Both the position numbers and the translations under genes were made by a program. The notes below the pieces were generated by a model, which saw nothing but the letters and a program-made list of their open reading frames with translations, searched no databases and had not been told where the DNA came from. From Mesorhizobium sp. (GTDB taxonomy: Bacteria; Pseudomonadota; Alphaproteobacteria; Rhizobiales; Rhizobiaceae): a stretch of DNA of 64,000 nt. Positions within the stretch are counted from its first letter, which is position 1, and each line of letters begins with the position of its first letter. The stretch covers positions 13,919 through 77,918 of the forward strand of contig SAQG01000025.1 of the NCBI GenBank assembly GCA_004020315.1, read 5' to 3'. Below are positions 1 to 11,377 of this stretch, piece after piece.

Positions 1-1834
1 GATCGATCGCCGGACGAACGCCGGTCACCGAGGTGTTGAGGTTGACCAGGTTGGCGCGGATTTCCGGCAGCTCGACCTTGAAGCGGGCAAAATAGGCCTT
101 TTCGAACAGTTGCTGCAGTACCTCCCGCGTCACTGAAGACGACGGCAACGGCACGTTGATGATGTGGGTTTGGCCGACGAACTGCATGTCGGCGGAATGC
201 GTGACGCGGATCGTCTCCGGCTTTACCGCTTCCTTGCCGATCAGCTCTTTGCCCTCGTTTCGGTGCCGTTCCAATATCGCATGCAGCTGGGTTTCATCGA
301 GCCCCGCCACCGGCTGGTTGACCGTGTTGACGAAATCATGCCTGAGATCGGCGACGACGCAGCCGAGCGCATTGGTGATGCCCGGCCGCGCCGGCACCAG
401 CACTTTGGGAAGGCCGAGCTCGCGCGCCAGTGCTGTCGCATGCAGCGGCCCGGCGCCGCCGAAAGCGAACAGCGCGAAATCGCGTGGGTCGTGGCCGCGT
501 GACACCGAGACCATGCGGATTGCACCGGCCATCTTCATGTTGCCGAGCCGCAGCACGGCTCCCGCCGCCTCGACGCCGGACAAGCCGGTGGGGCGGCCGA
601 TCCTGTCCTCGAAGATGCCGGTGACATGCTCGACGGTGACCGGATTTTCGACCGCGAGCAGCTTTTTCGGCGCCAGCCGGCCGAGCACCAGATTGGCATC
701 GGTGATGGTCGGCTCGCTGCCGCCGCGCCCGTAGCAGATCGGCCCGGGATTGGCGCCGGCGCTTTCCGGGCCGATCTGGATCAGGCCGGCCGCGTCGACG
801 CGGGCGATCGAGCCGCCGCCGGCGCCGACCGTGTGCACCGCCACCATCGGCACATGGATCGGCATCGCATATTCGATCTCGATCTCGTTCGACACCGCCG
901 GCTCGGCATTGCGGATCAGCGCCACATCGGTCGAGGTGCCGCCCATGTCATAAGTGACCAGGTTTTCGAAGCCGGCGCGCTTGCCGGTATAGGCGGCGGC
1001 GATGACGCCGGAGGCCGGACCGGACATGACGGTCTTGGCCGACTCACGTGTGACAAAGCGGGCCGAGATCATGCCGCCATTGCCGTTCATGATCAGGAAG
1101 TCGCGAGCGTAGCCTTGCGATCCCAATTCCTTGCGCAGCCGCTCGACATAGCGCTCGAGGATCGGCTGCACCGAGGCGTTGACCGAAGCCGTCACGCCGC
1201 GCTCGAATTCGCGCGCCTCCGACAGCAGCGCATGGCCTGTCGTGATGTAGCTATTCGGCCAAAGCTCGGCGGCAATCTTGGCGGCGCGCTGCTCATGTGC
1301 CGGATTGGCATAGGAATGCAGGAAATGGATGACGAGGGATTCGCAGCCGGTATCGATCAATTGTGAAACCGCCGCCCGCATCTCCGCCTCGTCAAGCGGG
1401 ATACGCACCGCGCCCGAGGCTTCGACGCGCTCCGACACTTCGAGCCGCAGATTGCGCGGAATGATCGGGACGAAGGTGCCGGTCATGCCATACGCCTGCG
1501 GCCGTGTCCGCCGGCCAAGCTCGATCACGTCGCGAAAGCCTCGCGTTGTGATCATGCCGGTTTTCGCCAGCCGGCGTTCGAGCACGGCGTTGGTGGTGGT
1601 CGTCGTGCCGTGGACGATGAGGTCGATGCCGTCAACCGGAAATCCGGTGGCACTGAGCGCCGAGACGACGCCGAACGCCTGGTTGTCGATAGTGGTCGGG
1701 GTCTTGGCGATATGCACCTTGCCGCCGTGACGGCCGTCGATCAGAAGCAGGTCGGTAAAGGTTCCGCCAACATCGATGCCGGCGACCACGCTGCCCGAGG
1801 AATCCAGCGTCTGCGCCGAAAAATTCTCTTTCAT
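1..1834 (-). CDS. Hydantoinase/5-oxoprolinase subunit A family protein (runs off window edge)
   Basis: Manual minus-strand translation from ATG at 1834: GIDVGGTFTD, HGTTTTTNAVLERR, SGPASGV, DMGGTSTDV, GAGGGSIA, GPESAGANPGPICYGRGG motifs. Missing from the ORF track because the stop lies outside the window. Confidence 0.9.
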   Translation of the reverse strand, partial: MKENFSAQTLDSSGSVVAGIDVGGTFTDLLLIDGRHGGKVHIAKTPTTIDNQAFGVVSALSATGFPVDGIDLIVHGTTTTTNAVLERRLAKTGMITTRGFRDVIELGRRTRPQAYGMTGTFVPIIPRNLRLEVSERVEASGAVRIPLDEAEMRAAVSQLIDTGCESLVIHFLHSYANPAHEQRAAKIAAELWPNSYITTGHALLSEAREFERGVTASVNASVQPILERYVERLRKELGSQGYARDFLIMNGNGGMISARFVTRESAKTVMSGPASGVIAAAYTGKRAGFENLVTYDMGGTSTDVALIRNAEPAVSNEIEIEYAMPIHVPMVAVHTVGAGGGSIARVDAAGLIQIGPESAGANPGPICYGRGGSEPTITDANLVLGRLAPKKLLAVENPVTVEHVTGIFEDRIGRPTGLSGVEAAGAVLRLGNMKMAGAIRMVSVSRGHDPRDFALFAFGGAGPLHATALARELGLPKVLVPARPGITNALGCVVADLRHDFVNTVNQPVAGLDETQLHAILERHRNEGKELIGKEAVKPETIRVTHSADMQFVGQTHIINVPLPSSSVTREVLQQLFEKAYFARFKVELPEIRANLVNLNTSVTGVRPAID

Positions 1835-1900
1835 TGTCGAAACCCGAAATGCCCGGACTACTTATACATCTCAGTTTGGAAAGGCGTTTTACGCTAGTAC

Positions 1901-1930
1901 CTTGACGCAAATATCATTTGTATACTAATA
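1901..1930 (+). promoter_or_regulatory. Putative sigma70-type promoter for fpr
   Basis: CTTGAC at 1901-1906, then AT-rich TATACTAATA in the divergent intergenic region. Confidence 0.4.
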
Positions 1931-2054
1931 AATTCGGGACACAAGAGCTTACCGCGTCGCAGTGTGCAAACGGCACGCCGGAACCTGATCGGTTCGGGCG
2001 CGCAGGAGAAAGTTTGGCATCAGCACCTCGGGTTGGGCCAGAAGGTTAGGTTTG

Positions 2055-2882
2055 ATGAACACCACATCCGCGCTCAACACCGCCGGCGCCCGGCCGCTGC
2101 AGTTTCCTATACCGGCCAATGTTTACGCCGAAACCGTCGTCTCGGTGAAGCACTACACCGACCGGCTGTTTTCGTTCCGCATCACCCGGCCGCAGTCGCT
2201 GCGTTTCCGCTCCGGCGAGTTCGTCATGATCGGCCTGCCCAACGCCGAGAAGCCGGTGTTCCGCGCCTATTCGATCGCCAGCCCTGCCTGGGACGACGAA
2301 CTGGAATTCTTCTCGATCAAGGTGCCGGACGGCCCGCTGACTTCTCATCTACAGAAAATCCAGATCGGCGACACCGTCATCATGCGGCAGAAGTCGACCG
2401 GCACGCTGGTGGTCGATGCGCTGACACCGGCCAAGCGCCTGTTCATGATCTCGACCGGCACCGGCATCGCGCCCTTCGCCAGCCTGCTGCGCGACCCCGA
2501 TACCTATGAGAAGTTCGAGCAGGTCGTCCTGACCCACACCTGCCGCGACAATGCCGAACTCACCTACGGCCAGGAGCTGGTCGCGGCGCTGGAGAACGAT
2601 CCGCTGATCGGCGAGCTGACCGGCGGCCGCGTCACACTCTACAATTCGACGACGCGCGAGACCTCCGAGCGCATGGGTCGCATCACCGCTCTGATCGGCT
2701 CGGGCAAATTCTATACCGACCTCGGCATCGACAAGCTTGACCCGGAGACCGACCGCATCATGATCTGCGGCTCGATGCATATGTTGAAGGACGTCAAGGA
2801 ATTGGCCGAAAGCCTCGGCTTCCAGGAGGGCTCGCTGCATCATCCGGCAAGCTTCGTTGTCGAGCGCGCCTTCGTCGGCTGA
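2055..2882 (+). CDS. fpr: Ferredoxin--NADP+ reductase
   Basis: RFRSGEFVMIGL, RAYSIAS, STGTGIAPF, MICGS motifs; C-terminal VERAFVG. Confidence 0.92.
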   Translation: MNTTSALNTAGARPLQFPIPANVYAETVVSVKHYTDRLFSFRITRPQSLRFRSGEFVMIGLPNAEKPVFRAYSIASPAWDDELEFFSIKVPDGPLTSHLQKIQIGDTVIMRQKSTGTLVVDALTPAKRLFMISTGTGIAPFASLLRDPDTYEKFEQVVLTHTCRDNAELTYGQELVAALENDPLIGELTGGRVTLYNSTTRETSERMGRITALIGSGKFYTDLGIDKLDPETDRIMICGSMHMLKDVKELAESLGFQEGSLHHPASFVVERAFVG

Positions 2883-3046
2883 TACGCCAGCAGTCCAGCA
2901 TTCGCTGCATTCAGACGCTGATTTTGACCATGCGGTCAAAATCAGCTGCTTTCGCAGGCTTTTTCCGCTATGACCTCTTGAAGGACTCGTGAAGCGCTGC
3001 TTCACGGGCTATCTTCGGCACAAGTCGTCGAACGAAAGGGCAGGAG

Positions 3047-4102
3047 ATGAGCAGCACAATCCGCGAAGCCGATCTCGGTGCCGGGCCTTCCAAGATCACG
3101 CCGCTGCCGGCGCGCACCGCCGCCAACGCGCCGGCGCCGCAAGCGCACGGCATTGCCCGCAACCCAGGCATGAAGCTCGATCTCGGCTTCATGGAATCGG
3201 TGCGCAGCGTCAACCGCTCGGCGCTGGAACGACGTGTCGCCAGCCTGACCAAACGGCGCTCGATCAAGGCCGACAACCAGGCCGCCTGGCTGCTGCGCGC
3301 CGTTGCCTGCATGGACCTGACCACGCTGAATTCGAACGACACCGACGAGCGCGTGCGCCGGCTCTGCGCCAAGGCGGTTAATCCGTTCCGCCGCGACATC
3401 GTCGAAGGCCTCGGCATATCAGGTGAAAAGATCCGCCCGGCGGCGGTCTGCGTCTATCATCCCTTCGTCGCCACCGCTGTCGAGGCGCTGCGCGGTACCG
3501 GCACCCATGTCGCCGCTGTTTCCACGGCCTTCCCGCATGGCCTCACCCCGCTTTCAACGCGCCTGCAGGAGATCGAAGCTTCGGTGAGGGATGGCGCTGA
3601 CGAGATCGACGTCGTCATTCCGCGCGGGCTGGTATTTGGGGCGAAGTGGCAGGAACTCTATAACGAGATCGTTTCGATGCGCGCCGCCTGCGGCGAGGCG
3701 CACCTGAAGGTCATTCTCGGCACCGGCGACCTCGCCACGCTGCGCAACGTCATGCTCGCCTCGATGGTGGCGATGATGGCGGGCGCCGATTTCATCAAGA
3801 CCTCGACCGGCAAGGAAAGCGTCAACGCGACGCTGCCGGTCGGCCTCGCCATGGTGCGCGCCATCCGCGCCTACTACGAAGAAACCGGCTATCTCATCGG
3901 CTTCAAGCCGGCCGGCGGCATTTCGACCGCCAAGGCCTCTCTCGACTGGCTGGTGCTGATAAAGGAAGAGCTTGGCCGCCGGTGGCTGGAACCCGATCTG
4001 TTCCGCTTCGGCGCGTCGAGCCTTTTGACCGACATCGAGCGCCAGCTCGAACATCATCTGACCGGCCACTATTCGGCCAATCATCGCCACGCGATGGCAT
4101 GA
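3047..4102 (+). CDS. deoC: Deoxyribose-phosphate aldolase
   Basis: DLTTL, GADEIDVVI, GADFIKTSTGK, GFKPAGGI, FRFGASSLL motifs. Confidence 0.93.
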   Translation: MSSTIREADLGAGPSKITPLPARTAANAPAPQAHGIARNPGMKLDLGFMESVRSVNRSALERRVASLTKRRSIKADNQAAWLLRAVACMDLTTLNSNDTDERVRRLCAKAVNPFRRDIVEGLGISGEKIRPAAVCVYHPFVATAVEALRGTGTHVAAVSTAFPHGLTPLSTRLQEIEASVRDGADEIDVVIPRGLVFGAKWQELYNEIVSMRAACGEAHLKVILGTGDLATLRNVMLASMVAMMAGADFIKTSTGKESVNATLPVGLAMVRAIRAYYEETGYLIGFKPAGGISTAKASLDWLVLIKEELGRRWLEPDLFRFGASSLLTDIERQLEHHLTGHYSANHRHAMA

Positions 4103-4118
4103 TTTCCGGGAGCGCCTT

Positions 4119-6485
4119 GTGAATATTCTCGAACGCTATCACGCCATGGAATACGGCCCGGCGCCGGAAGCCCGCAGCGAGGCCGATGCGTGGCTTGCTG
4201 CGCGCGATTTCTCCAAAGCCTTGTTCATCGGCGGCGAGTGGAAGGCAGGCGGCAAGACCTTCGACACCAGCGACCCGTCTTCGGGAAAACTGCTGGCCAA
4301 GGTGTCGGATGCCGGTGCTGCCGATATCGACGCCGCGGTTTCGGCCGCGACAAAGGCGCTGCCGAGATGGAGCGCCAGTTCCGGCTACAGCCGTGCCAAA
4401 GTGCTCTACGCCATCGGCCGCGCCATGCAGCGCCACCAGCGGCTGTTCGCGGTGCTGGAATCGATCGACAACGGCAAGCCGATCCGCGAAAGCCGCGACA
4501 TCGACGTGCCGCTGGCCATCCGCCATTTCATCCACCACGCCGGCTGGGCGCAGGCGCTGGACAAGGATTTCCCTGGTCATAAGGGCGTCGGCGTCGTTGG
4601 CCAGATCATCCCGTGGAACTTCCCGCTTTTGATGCTGGCCTGGAAGATCGCGCCGGCGCTCGCCGCCGGCTGCACCGTGGTGCTCAAACCGGCCGAGTTC
4701 ACGCCGCTCACCGCCATCCTGTTTGCCGAGATCTGCGAACGATCAGGCGTGCCGAAGGGCGTCGTCAACATCGTCCAGGGCGGGCCGGAGGCGGGCGCGG
4801 CCATCGTCAACCACCCCGGCGTCCAGAAGATCGCCTTCACCGGCTCTTCCGAGGTCGGCAAGATCATCCGCAAGGCCACTGCCGGGTCGGGCAAGAAACT
4901 ATCGTTGGAACTTGGCGGCAAATCGGCCTTCGTCGTCTTCGAGGATGCCGATCTCGACAGCGCCGTCGAAGGACTGGTCGACGGCATCTGGTTCAACCAG
5001 GGCCAGGTCTGCTGCGCCGGCTCGCGCCTTTTGGTGCAGGAAGGCATCGCCGAAGCCTTCATCGCCAAGGTCAAGACGCGGATGAGTCGGCTGCGCGTCG
5101 GCAGCCCGCTCGACAAGAACACCGATATCGGACCGCTGGTCGACTCGACCCAGCTCGATCGCGTCAAGGGTCTGGTCGCCGAAGGCGCCAAACAGGGCGC
5201 CGTCTGCTGGCAGCCGGATGTGGCGCTGCCGTCCTCCGGCTATTACCATCTGCCGACGCTGGCAACAGGCGTTTCGCCGGCTAACATCCTGGCGCAGGAG
5301 GAGGTGTTCGGGCCGGTGCTCGCCACCATGACGTTCCGCAACACCGAGGAAGCGATCGAGCTAGCCAACAACACGCGCTACGGCTTGGCCGCCTCGGTGT
5401 GGAGCGAGAACGTCAACCTTGCACTGCACGTCGCGCCGCAATTGAAGGCCGGCGTCGTCTGGGTCAACGGCACCAACATGTTCGACGCCGCCTGCGGCTT
5501 CGGCGGCTACCGCGAGAGCGGTTTTGGCCGCGAAGGCGGGCGCGAGGGCATGTTCGAATATCTCTCGGCAAGACTGCCGCTCGGCCCGGCCATCAAGCCG
5601 GTGCCGGCTGGGGCCCAGCCCGTCGAGCAGACGGAAGGCGACGCCATCGACCGCACGGCAAAGCTGTTCATCGGCGGCAAGCAGGTCAGGCCGGACGGCA
5701 ATTATTCGCTTGCCGTCGCCACCGCCAAGGGCAAGCTCGCCGGCGAGGTCGGTCTGGGCAGCCGCAAGGATATCCGCGACGCCGTCGCGGCTGCACGTGT
5801 CTGCAAGGGCTGGCCGGAAGCGACCGCCTATAACCGCAGCCAGGTGCTCTACTATCTGGCCGAGAACCTTTCTGGCCGTGCCGACGAGTTTGCGGCGCGC
5901 CTCAGCCAGCTTACCGGCGCCGCCGCCAAGGCGGCGCGCGAAGAGGTCGAGCTGTCGATCGAGCGGCTGTTCCTCTATGCCGGCGTGGCCGACAAGTTCG
6001 AGGGCCGCGTCCACCAGCCGCCGGCCCGCGCCGTCACGTTGGCGCTGCATGAGCCGGTCGGCGTCGTCGGCATCATAGCGCCCGATAATGCGCCCCTGCT
6101 CGGCTTGATCTCGCTGGTTGCGCCGGCGCTCGCCATGGGCAACACGGTCGTCGCTGTGCCTTCCGAACGATACCCGCTGCTTGCCACCGATCTCTATCAG
6201 GTCATCGAATATTCCGACGTTCCGGCCGGCGCCATCAACATCGTCACCGGCCGCAGCGCCGAGCTCGCCGGCGTGCTGGCCAAGCACGACGATGTCGACG
6301 GGCTCTGGGTGTTCGCCGATGCCGAGACCTGCGCCAGGGCCGAAGCCGACTCTGTCGGCAATCTCAAGCGCGTCTGGACCGGTAACGGCCGCAGCCTCGA
6401 CTGGGCGTCGATTGAGGCCGCCGGCGACGCCTTCCTGCGCCGTGCCGTCGAGGTCAAGAACGTCTGGGTGCCCTATGGCGATTGA
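4119..6485 (+). CDS. Aldehyde dehydrogenase with additional C-terminal ALDH-like module (ALDH16-type architecture)
   Basis: IIPWNFP, KPAE, FTGS, LELGGKS, NQGQVCCAGSR and EEVFGPV in the N-terminal half; second degenerate ALDH module after ~aa 510. Confidence 0.88.
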   Translation: MNILERYHAMEYGPAPEARSEADAWLAARDFSKALFIGGEWKAGGKTFDTSDPSSGKLLAKVSDAGAADIDAAVSAATKALPRWSASSGYSRAKVLYAIGRAMQRHQRLFAVLESIDNGKPIRESRDIDVPLAIRHFIHHAGWAQALDKDFPGHKGVGVVGQIIPWNFPLLMLAWKIAPALAAGCTVVLKPAEFTPLTAILFAEICERSGVPKGVVNIVQGGPEAGAAIVNHPGVQKIAFTGSSEVGKIIRKATAGSGKKLSLELGGKSAFVVFEDADLDSAVEGLVDGIWFNQGQVCCAGSRLLVQEGIAEAFIAKVKTRMSRLRVGSPLDKNTDIGPLVDSTQLDRVKGLVAEGAKQGAVCWQPDVALPSSGYYHLPTLATGVSPANILAQEEVFGPVLATMTFRNTEEAIELANNTRYGLAASVWSENVNLALHVAPQLKAGVVWVNGTNMFDAACGFGGYRESGFGREGGREGMFEYLSARLPLGPAIKPVPAGAQPVEQTEGDAIDRTAKLFIGGKQVRPDGNYSLAVATAKGKLAGEVGLGSRKDIRDAVAAARVCKGWPEATAYNRSQVLYYLAENLSGRADEFAARLSQLTGAAAKAAREEVELSIERLFLYAGVADKFEGRVHQPPARAVTLALHEPVGVVGIIAPDNAPLLGLISLVAPALAMGNTVVAVPSERYPLLATDLYQVIEYSDVPAGAINIVTGRSAELAGVLAKHDDVDGLWVFADAETCARAEADSVGNLKRVWTGNGRSLDWASIEAAGDAFLRRAVEVKNVWVPYGD

Positions 6486-6669
6486 TCGCCTTGCGCGCTG
6501 CGTTCGGACGAGAAGCGTTCGGACTTGACGGCAGAAATGATGTTCTTTACCGAGAAAAAACATTTGGCCCTAAGCGGACAGTGATACAGGCGGCATGATA
6601 GTGCCTACCTGGCACATTGCGCCTTGGCCGCGTGCCGGTAAAAGCCGGGCGGCGACAGAGGAGAAAAGC

Positions 6670-7401
6670 ATGGCGGATCTGGCAGGCAAGATCGTTGTCG
6701 TCACAGCGGCGGCACAAGGCATCGGCCGGGCGAGTGCGCTGGCTTTCGCCAAGGCGGGCGCCGTCGTCCATGCCACCGACATCAACGAGGTGCTGCTCGC
6801 CGAGTTAGGCAAGACGGCAGATATCAAGACCCGCAAGCTCGACGTGCTGAACGATGAGGCCGTGACGTCGGCCTTCGCCGAGATCGGCGCTGTCGACGTG
6901 CTGTTCAACTGCGCCGGCTTCGTCCACTCCGGCTCGATCCTCGAGATGAAGGACGCCGATCTGGACTTTGCTTTGGATCTTAACGTTCGCTCGATGATCC
7001 GCACCATCCGCGCCGTGCTGCCCGGCATGCTGGAGCGCGGCGACGGCTCGATCATCAACATGGCGTCTCTGGCCAGCTCGACCAAGGGCGTGCCCAACCG
7101 CTTCGTCTATGGGCTGACCAAGGCGGCTGTCATCGGCCTGACCAAATCGGTCGCCGCCGACTATGTCGGCAAGGGCATACGCTGCAATGCCATCTGCCCG
7201 GGCACGGTCGAAAGCCCGTCGCTGCAGGACCGCATGCATGCGCAGGGCGACTACGAGGCAGCCCGCGCCGCCTTCGTCGCCCGCCAGCCAATGGGCCGCC
7301 TCGGCACGCCCGAGGAAATCGCCGATCTCGCCGTCTATCTGGCCGGAGCCACCTATACGTCGGGGCAGGCTTATAATATCGACGGTGGCTGGTCGATCTA
7401 A
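6670..7401 (+). CDS. SDR family oxidoreductase (BDH2 / 2-keto-3-deoxy-sugar-acid dehydrogenase-like)
   Basis: TAAAQGIG, NCAG, YGLTK and CPGTV motifs; GAGGAG RBS before ATG 6670. Confidence 0.85.
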   Translation: MADLAGKIVVVTAAAQGIGRASALAFAKAGAVVHATDINEVLLAELGKTADIKTRKLDVLNDEAVTSAFAEIGAVDVLFNCAGFVHSGSILEMKDADLDFALDLNVRSMIRTIRAVLPGMLERGDGSIINMASLASSTKGVPNRFVYGLTKAAVIGLTKSVAADYVGKGIRCNAICPGTVESPSLQDRMHAQGDYEAARAAFVARQPMGRLGTPEEIADLAVYLAGATYTSGQAYNIDGGWSI

Positions 7402-7429
7402 GCTCATCTCAATCAAGGAGAGGAATTCT

Positions 7430-8275
7430 ATGAAACTGCTGCGCTATGGCGAAGCGGGGAGCGAACGCCCCGGCCTGCTCGATGCGGATGGAACGATCCG
7501 CGACCTCTCCGCCCATGTCACCGACATTGCCGGCAAGGCGCTCGACCCGGCATCGCTCGAAACATTGTCGAAGCTCGATCCGAAATCGCTGCCGGCGGTT
7601 TCCGGCAATCCCCGCATCGGCGCCTGCGTTGCCGGCACCGGCAAATTCATCTGCATCGGCCTGAACTATTCCGACCATGCCGCCGAGACCGGCGCCACCG
7701 TGCCGCCGGAGCCGATCATCTTCATGAAGGCAAGCTCGGCCATCGTCGGGCCAAACGATGACGTGCTGATCCCGCGGGGCTCGGTGAAGACCGACTGGGA
7801 GGTCGAGCTTGGCGTGGTCATCGGCAAAACCGCGAAATATGTCACCGAGGCCGAGGCGCTGGATTATGTCGCCGGCTACTGCGTCGCGCACGACGTGTCC
7901 GAGCGCGCCTTCCAGGCGGAGCGTCAGGGCCAGTGGACCAAGGGCAAGTCCTGCGACACGTTCGGGCCGATCGGCCCGTGGCTGGTCACCAAGGACGAGG
8001 TCAAGGACCCGCAGAACATCCCGATGTGGCTGAAGGTCAACGGCAAGACGATGCAGAACGGCTCGACCAAGACCATGGTCTATGGCGTCGCCTACCTCGT
8101 TTCCTATCTCAGCCAGTTCATGTCGCTGCATCCGGGCGACATCATCTCGACCGGCACGCCGCCCGGCGTCGGCCTCGGCATGAAGCCGCCGGTGTTCCTG
8201 AAGCCCGGCGACGTCGTCGAGCTCGGCATCGAAGGGCTGGGCATCCAGAAGCAGACGTTCAAGGCGGATTTGTAG
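7430..8275 (+). CDS. Fumarylacetoacetate hydrolase family protein
   Basis: CIGLNY, DWEVELG, DVSER, GKSCDTFGP and GDIISTGTP motifs; AAGGAGAGG upstream of ATG 7430. Confidence 0.88.
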   Translation: MKLLRYGEAGSERPGLLDADGTIRDLSAHVTDIAGKALDPASLETLSKLDPKSLPAVSGNPRIGACVAGTGKFICIGLNYSDHAAETGATVPPEPIIFMKASSAIVGPNDDVLIPRGSVKTDWEVELGVVIGKTAKYVTEAEALDYVAGYCVAHDVSERAFQAERQGQWTKGKSCDTFGPIGPWLVTKDEVKDPQNIPMWLKVNGKTMQNGSTKTMVYGVAYLVSYLSQFMSLHPGDIISTGTPPGVGLGMKPPVFLKPGDVVELGIEGLGIQKQTFKADL

Positions 8276-8285
8276 AGGCGCTCTG

Positions 8286-8430
8286 CCTTCTCCCCTTGTG
8301 GGAGAAGGTGGCCGAGCGAAGCTCGGTCGGATGAGGGGTGCTCCAGCTTGGCACCACAGCACTCCGTCCAACACCCCTCTTCCGTCTCTGCGCTGCGCGC
8401 CGATCCACCTTCTCCCACAGAGGGAGGAGG
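8286..8430. repeat. Intergenic palindromic REP/MITE-like element (divergent member of the family at 12355, 46660, 48927, 50248)
   Basis: CCTTCTCCCCTTGTGGGAGAAGG...GAGGGGTG and CACCCCTC...CCTTCTCCCACAGAGGGAGGAGG arms between convergent genes. Confidence 0.75.
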
Positions 8431-8441
8431 AAAAAGAGGCG

Positions 8442-9440
<999 letters not shown>

Positions 9441-9471
9441 GGCTTCGTCCCTGTTCTAGAGTTTGACTGGT

Positions 9472-10533
9472 CTAGAGTCTGATTGGGGCGCCGCTGCGAA
9501 CGCTCTCGTCGGCGGCAAGGCAGACGGCGAGCGACTTCACCGCGTCGTCCATATGGCGGGAGAGATCCAGATCTTCGCGGACCGCCTTGAGCAGAAAAGC
9601 CTGTTCGAGGTCACAGAGATCCTGATGGCCGGGCTCACCCTCCATCGACAGAATCTCGTCAGGCTTGGCGAACTTGCCGTCTGCGCCGGTCGCCGCGCTG
9701 TGCAGGCGGATGGTCGAGGTCTTGGTGTGGGTGTCGATGTCGTCGGATTTGACGCCCTCTTTCATGACGATCGACACGCAGCCCTTGGGCGAGATCACGT
9801 CCTTCACGAAGAACGCCGTCTCTGAGATCATCGGCCCCCAGCCGGCCTCGTACCAGCCGACCGAGCCGTCGTCGAACAGCACCTGCAAATGACCGTAATT
9901 GTACATCGTTGGCGCAATCTCGTCGGTCAGCCTCAGCCCCATGCCGCGCACCTCGACCGGCCTGGCATCGGTGATCTGCAGCATCACGTCGAGATAATGC
10001 ACGCCGCAGTCTACGATCGGCGACGTCGTCTGCATCAACTGCTTGTGCGTCCCCCAGCTATGGCCGGAGGATTGCTGGTTGAGGTTCATGCGGAACACGT
10101 AAGGGCCGCCCAGCTTCCGCGCCTCGGCGATCAGCCTGATCCAGGACGGGTGATGGCGCAGGATGTAGCCGATCACCAGTTTTTTGCCGTTGGCCTTGGC
10201 AGCCACGACGACGCGTTTGGCATCCGCCACCGTCGTCGCCAGCGGCTTTTCGACGAAGACATGGCAGCCGGCCTCGAACGCCTTGACCGCATAGTCGGCG
10301 TGGCTGTCGGAATAGGTGGCAATGCAGGCGATATCTGGCTTTTCGTCGCGCAGCGCCTCGTCGAAGGATCGCCTGACGTCATAGCCGGAAAGCCCGCCCG
10401 GCAGCGGCACATCCGAACGGTTGACCAGTGCCGCGATCTGGAAGCCTGGGTTGGTATGATAGGCCAGCGCGTGGCTGCGGCCCATATTGCCCAAACCGGC
10501 GACGACGACGCGAAGGGGTTTTTCGGCGCTCAC
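9472..10533 (-). CDS. Gfo/Idh/MocA family oxidoreductase
   Basis: VAGLGNMG, HVFVEKPLA and DCGVHYLD motifs; GTG start overlaps the permease stop (GTGA). Confidence 0.85.
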   Translation of the reverse strand: MSAEKPLRVVVAGLGNMGRSHALAYHTNPGFQIAALVNRSDVPLPGGLSGYDVRRSFDEALRDEKPDIACIATYSDSHADYAVKAFEAGCHVFVEKPLATTVADAKRVVVAAKANGKKLVIGYILRHHPSWIRLIAEARKLGGPYVFRMNLNQQSSGHSWGTHKQLMQTTSPIVDCGVHYLDVMLQITDARPVEVRGMGLRLTDEIAPTMYNYGHLQVLFDDGSVGWYEAGWGPMISETAFFVKDVISPKGCVSIVMKEGVKSDDIDTHTKTSTIRLHSAATGADGKFAKPDEILSMEGEPGHQDLCDLEQAFLLKAVREDLDLSRHMDDAVKSLAVCLAADESVRSGAPIRL

Positions 10534-11369
10534 TTGACCGCTCCCGAGGTGATGCCGCGGATCAGTTGCCGCGAGAAGATGACGTAGAGGATCAGCACCG
10601 GCATGATCGCCAGCGAAAGTGCCGCCAGGATGGCGTTCCAGTTGGTAACGAACTGGCCAAGGAACAGCTGCGCGCCGAGCGTCACCGTCTTGGTCTCCTC
10701 CGACGGCGCCAGGATCAGCGGAAACCACAGATCGTTCCAGATCGGGATCATGGTGAAGACGGCGACAGTCGCCATCGATGGCCTGACCAACGGCAGCACC
10801 AGCCGGAAGAAGATGGTGTATTCGGACAGGCCGTCGATGCGCCCGGCATTCTTCAGATCGTCGGATACCTGCTTCATGAATTCCGACAGGATGAAGACGG
10901 CGAGCGGCAAGCCTTGCGCCGTGTAGACCAGGATCAGTGCCGTCAGTGTGTTGACCAGCCCGCTCATCACCATCAATTGCAGGATGGCGACGGTGGCGAG
11001 GCGGATCGGGATCATGATGCCGAGCGCCAGGTAAAGCCCCATCAGCGAATTGCCGCGGAAGCGGTATTCCGACAGTGCGAAAGCCGCCATCGCGCCGAAC
11101 AGGAGTACGAAGAACAGCGAGGCGACGGTGACGACAAGGCTGTTCTGGAAATAGTGGATGAAATCGCCCTGCCCGATCACGGTGGTGTAGCCGATCAGGT
11201 CGAAAGTGTTCGGGGTCGGCGGCGCCAGCGGCGCGCCGAAGATCGCCGCGCGGGATTTAAACGAATTCATGATGACGATGATCACCGGAAACAGTGCGAT
11301 CACCGTGTAGGTCAACAGCACCACATGGGCGCCGATGGTGCGGGGCAGGGAGTGGGTAGCCGTGCTCAT
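10530..11369 (-). CDS. Carbohydrate ABC transporter permease
   Basis: Hydrophobic helices, EAA-like loop NAGRIDG, WNDLWFPL; ATG at 11369. Confidence 0.88.
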   Translation of the reverse strand: MSTATHSLPRTIGAHVVLLTYTVIALFPVIIVIMNSFKSRAAIFGAPLAPPTPNTFDLIGYTTVIGQGDFIHYFQNSLVVTVASLFFVLLFGAMAAFALSEYRFRGNSLMGLYLALGIMIPIRLATVAILQLMVMSGLVNTLTALILVYTAQGLPLAVFILSEFMKQVSDDLKNAGRIDGLSEYTIFFRLVLPLVRPSMATVAVFTMIPIWNDLWFPLILAPSEETKTVTLGAQLFLGQFVTNWNAILAALSLAIMPVLILYVIFSRQLIRGITSGAVK

Positions 11370-11377
11370 CTTACGCC

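Noticed and set aside
6500..6524. 10-bp direct repeat GCGTTCGGAC upstream of a TTGACG box
   Set aside because: Only two short GC-rich copies; may be chance, with no other support.
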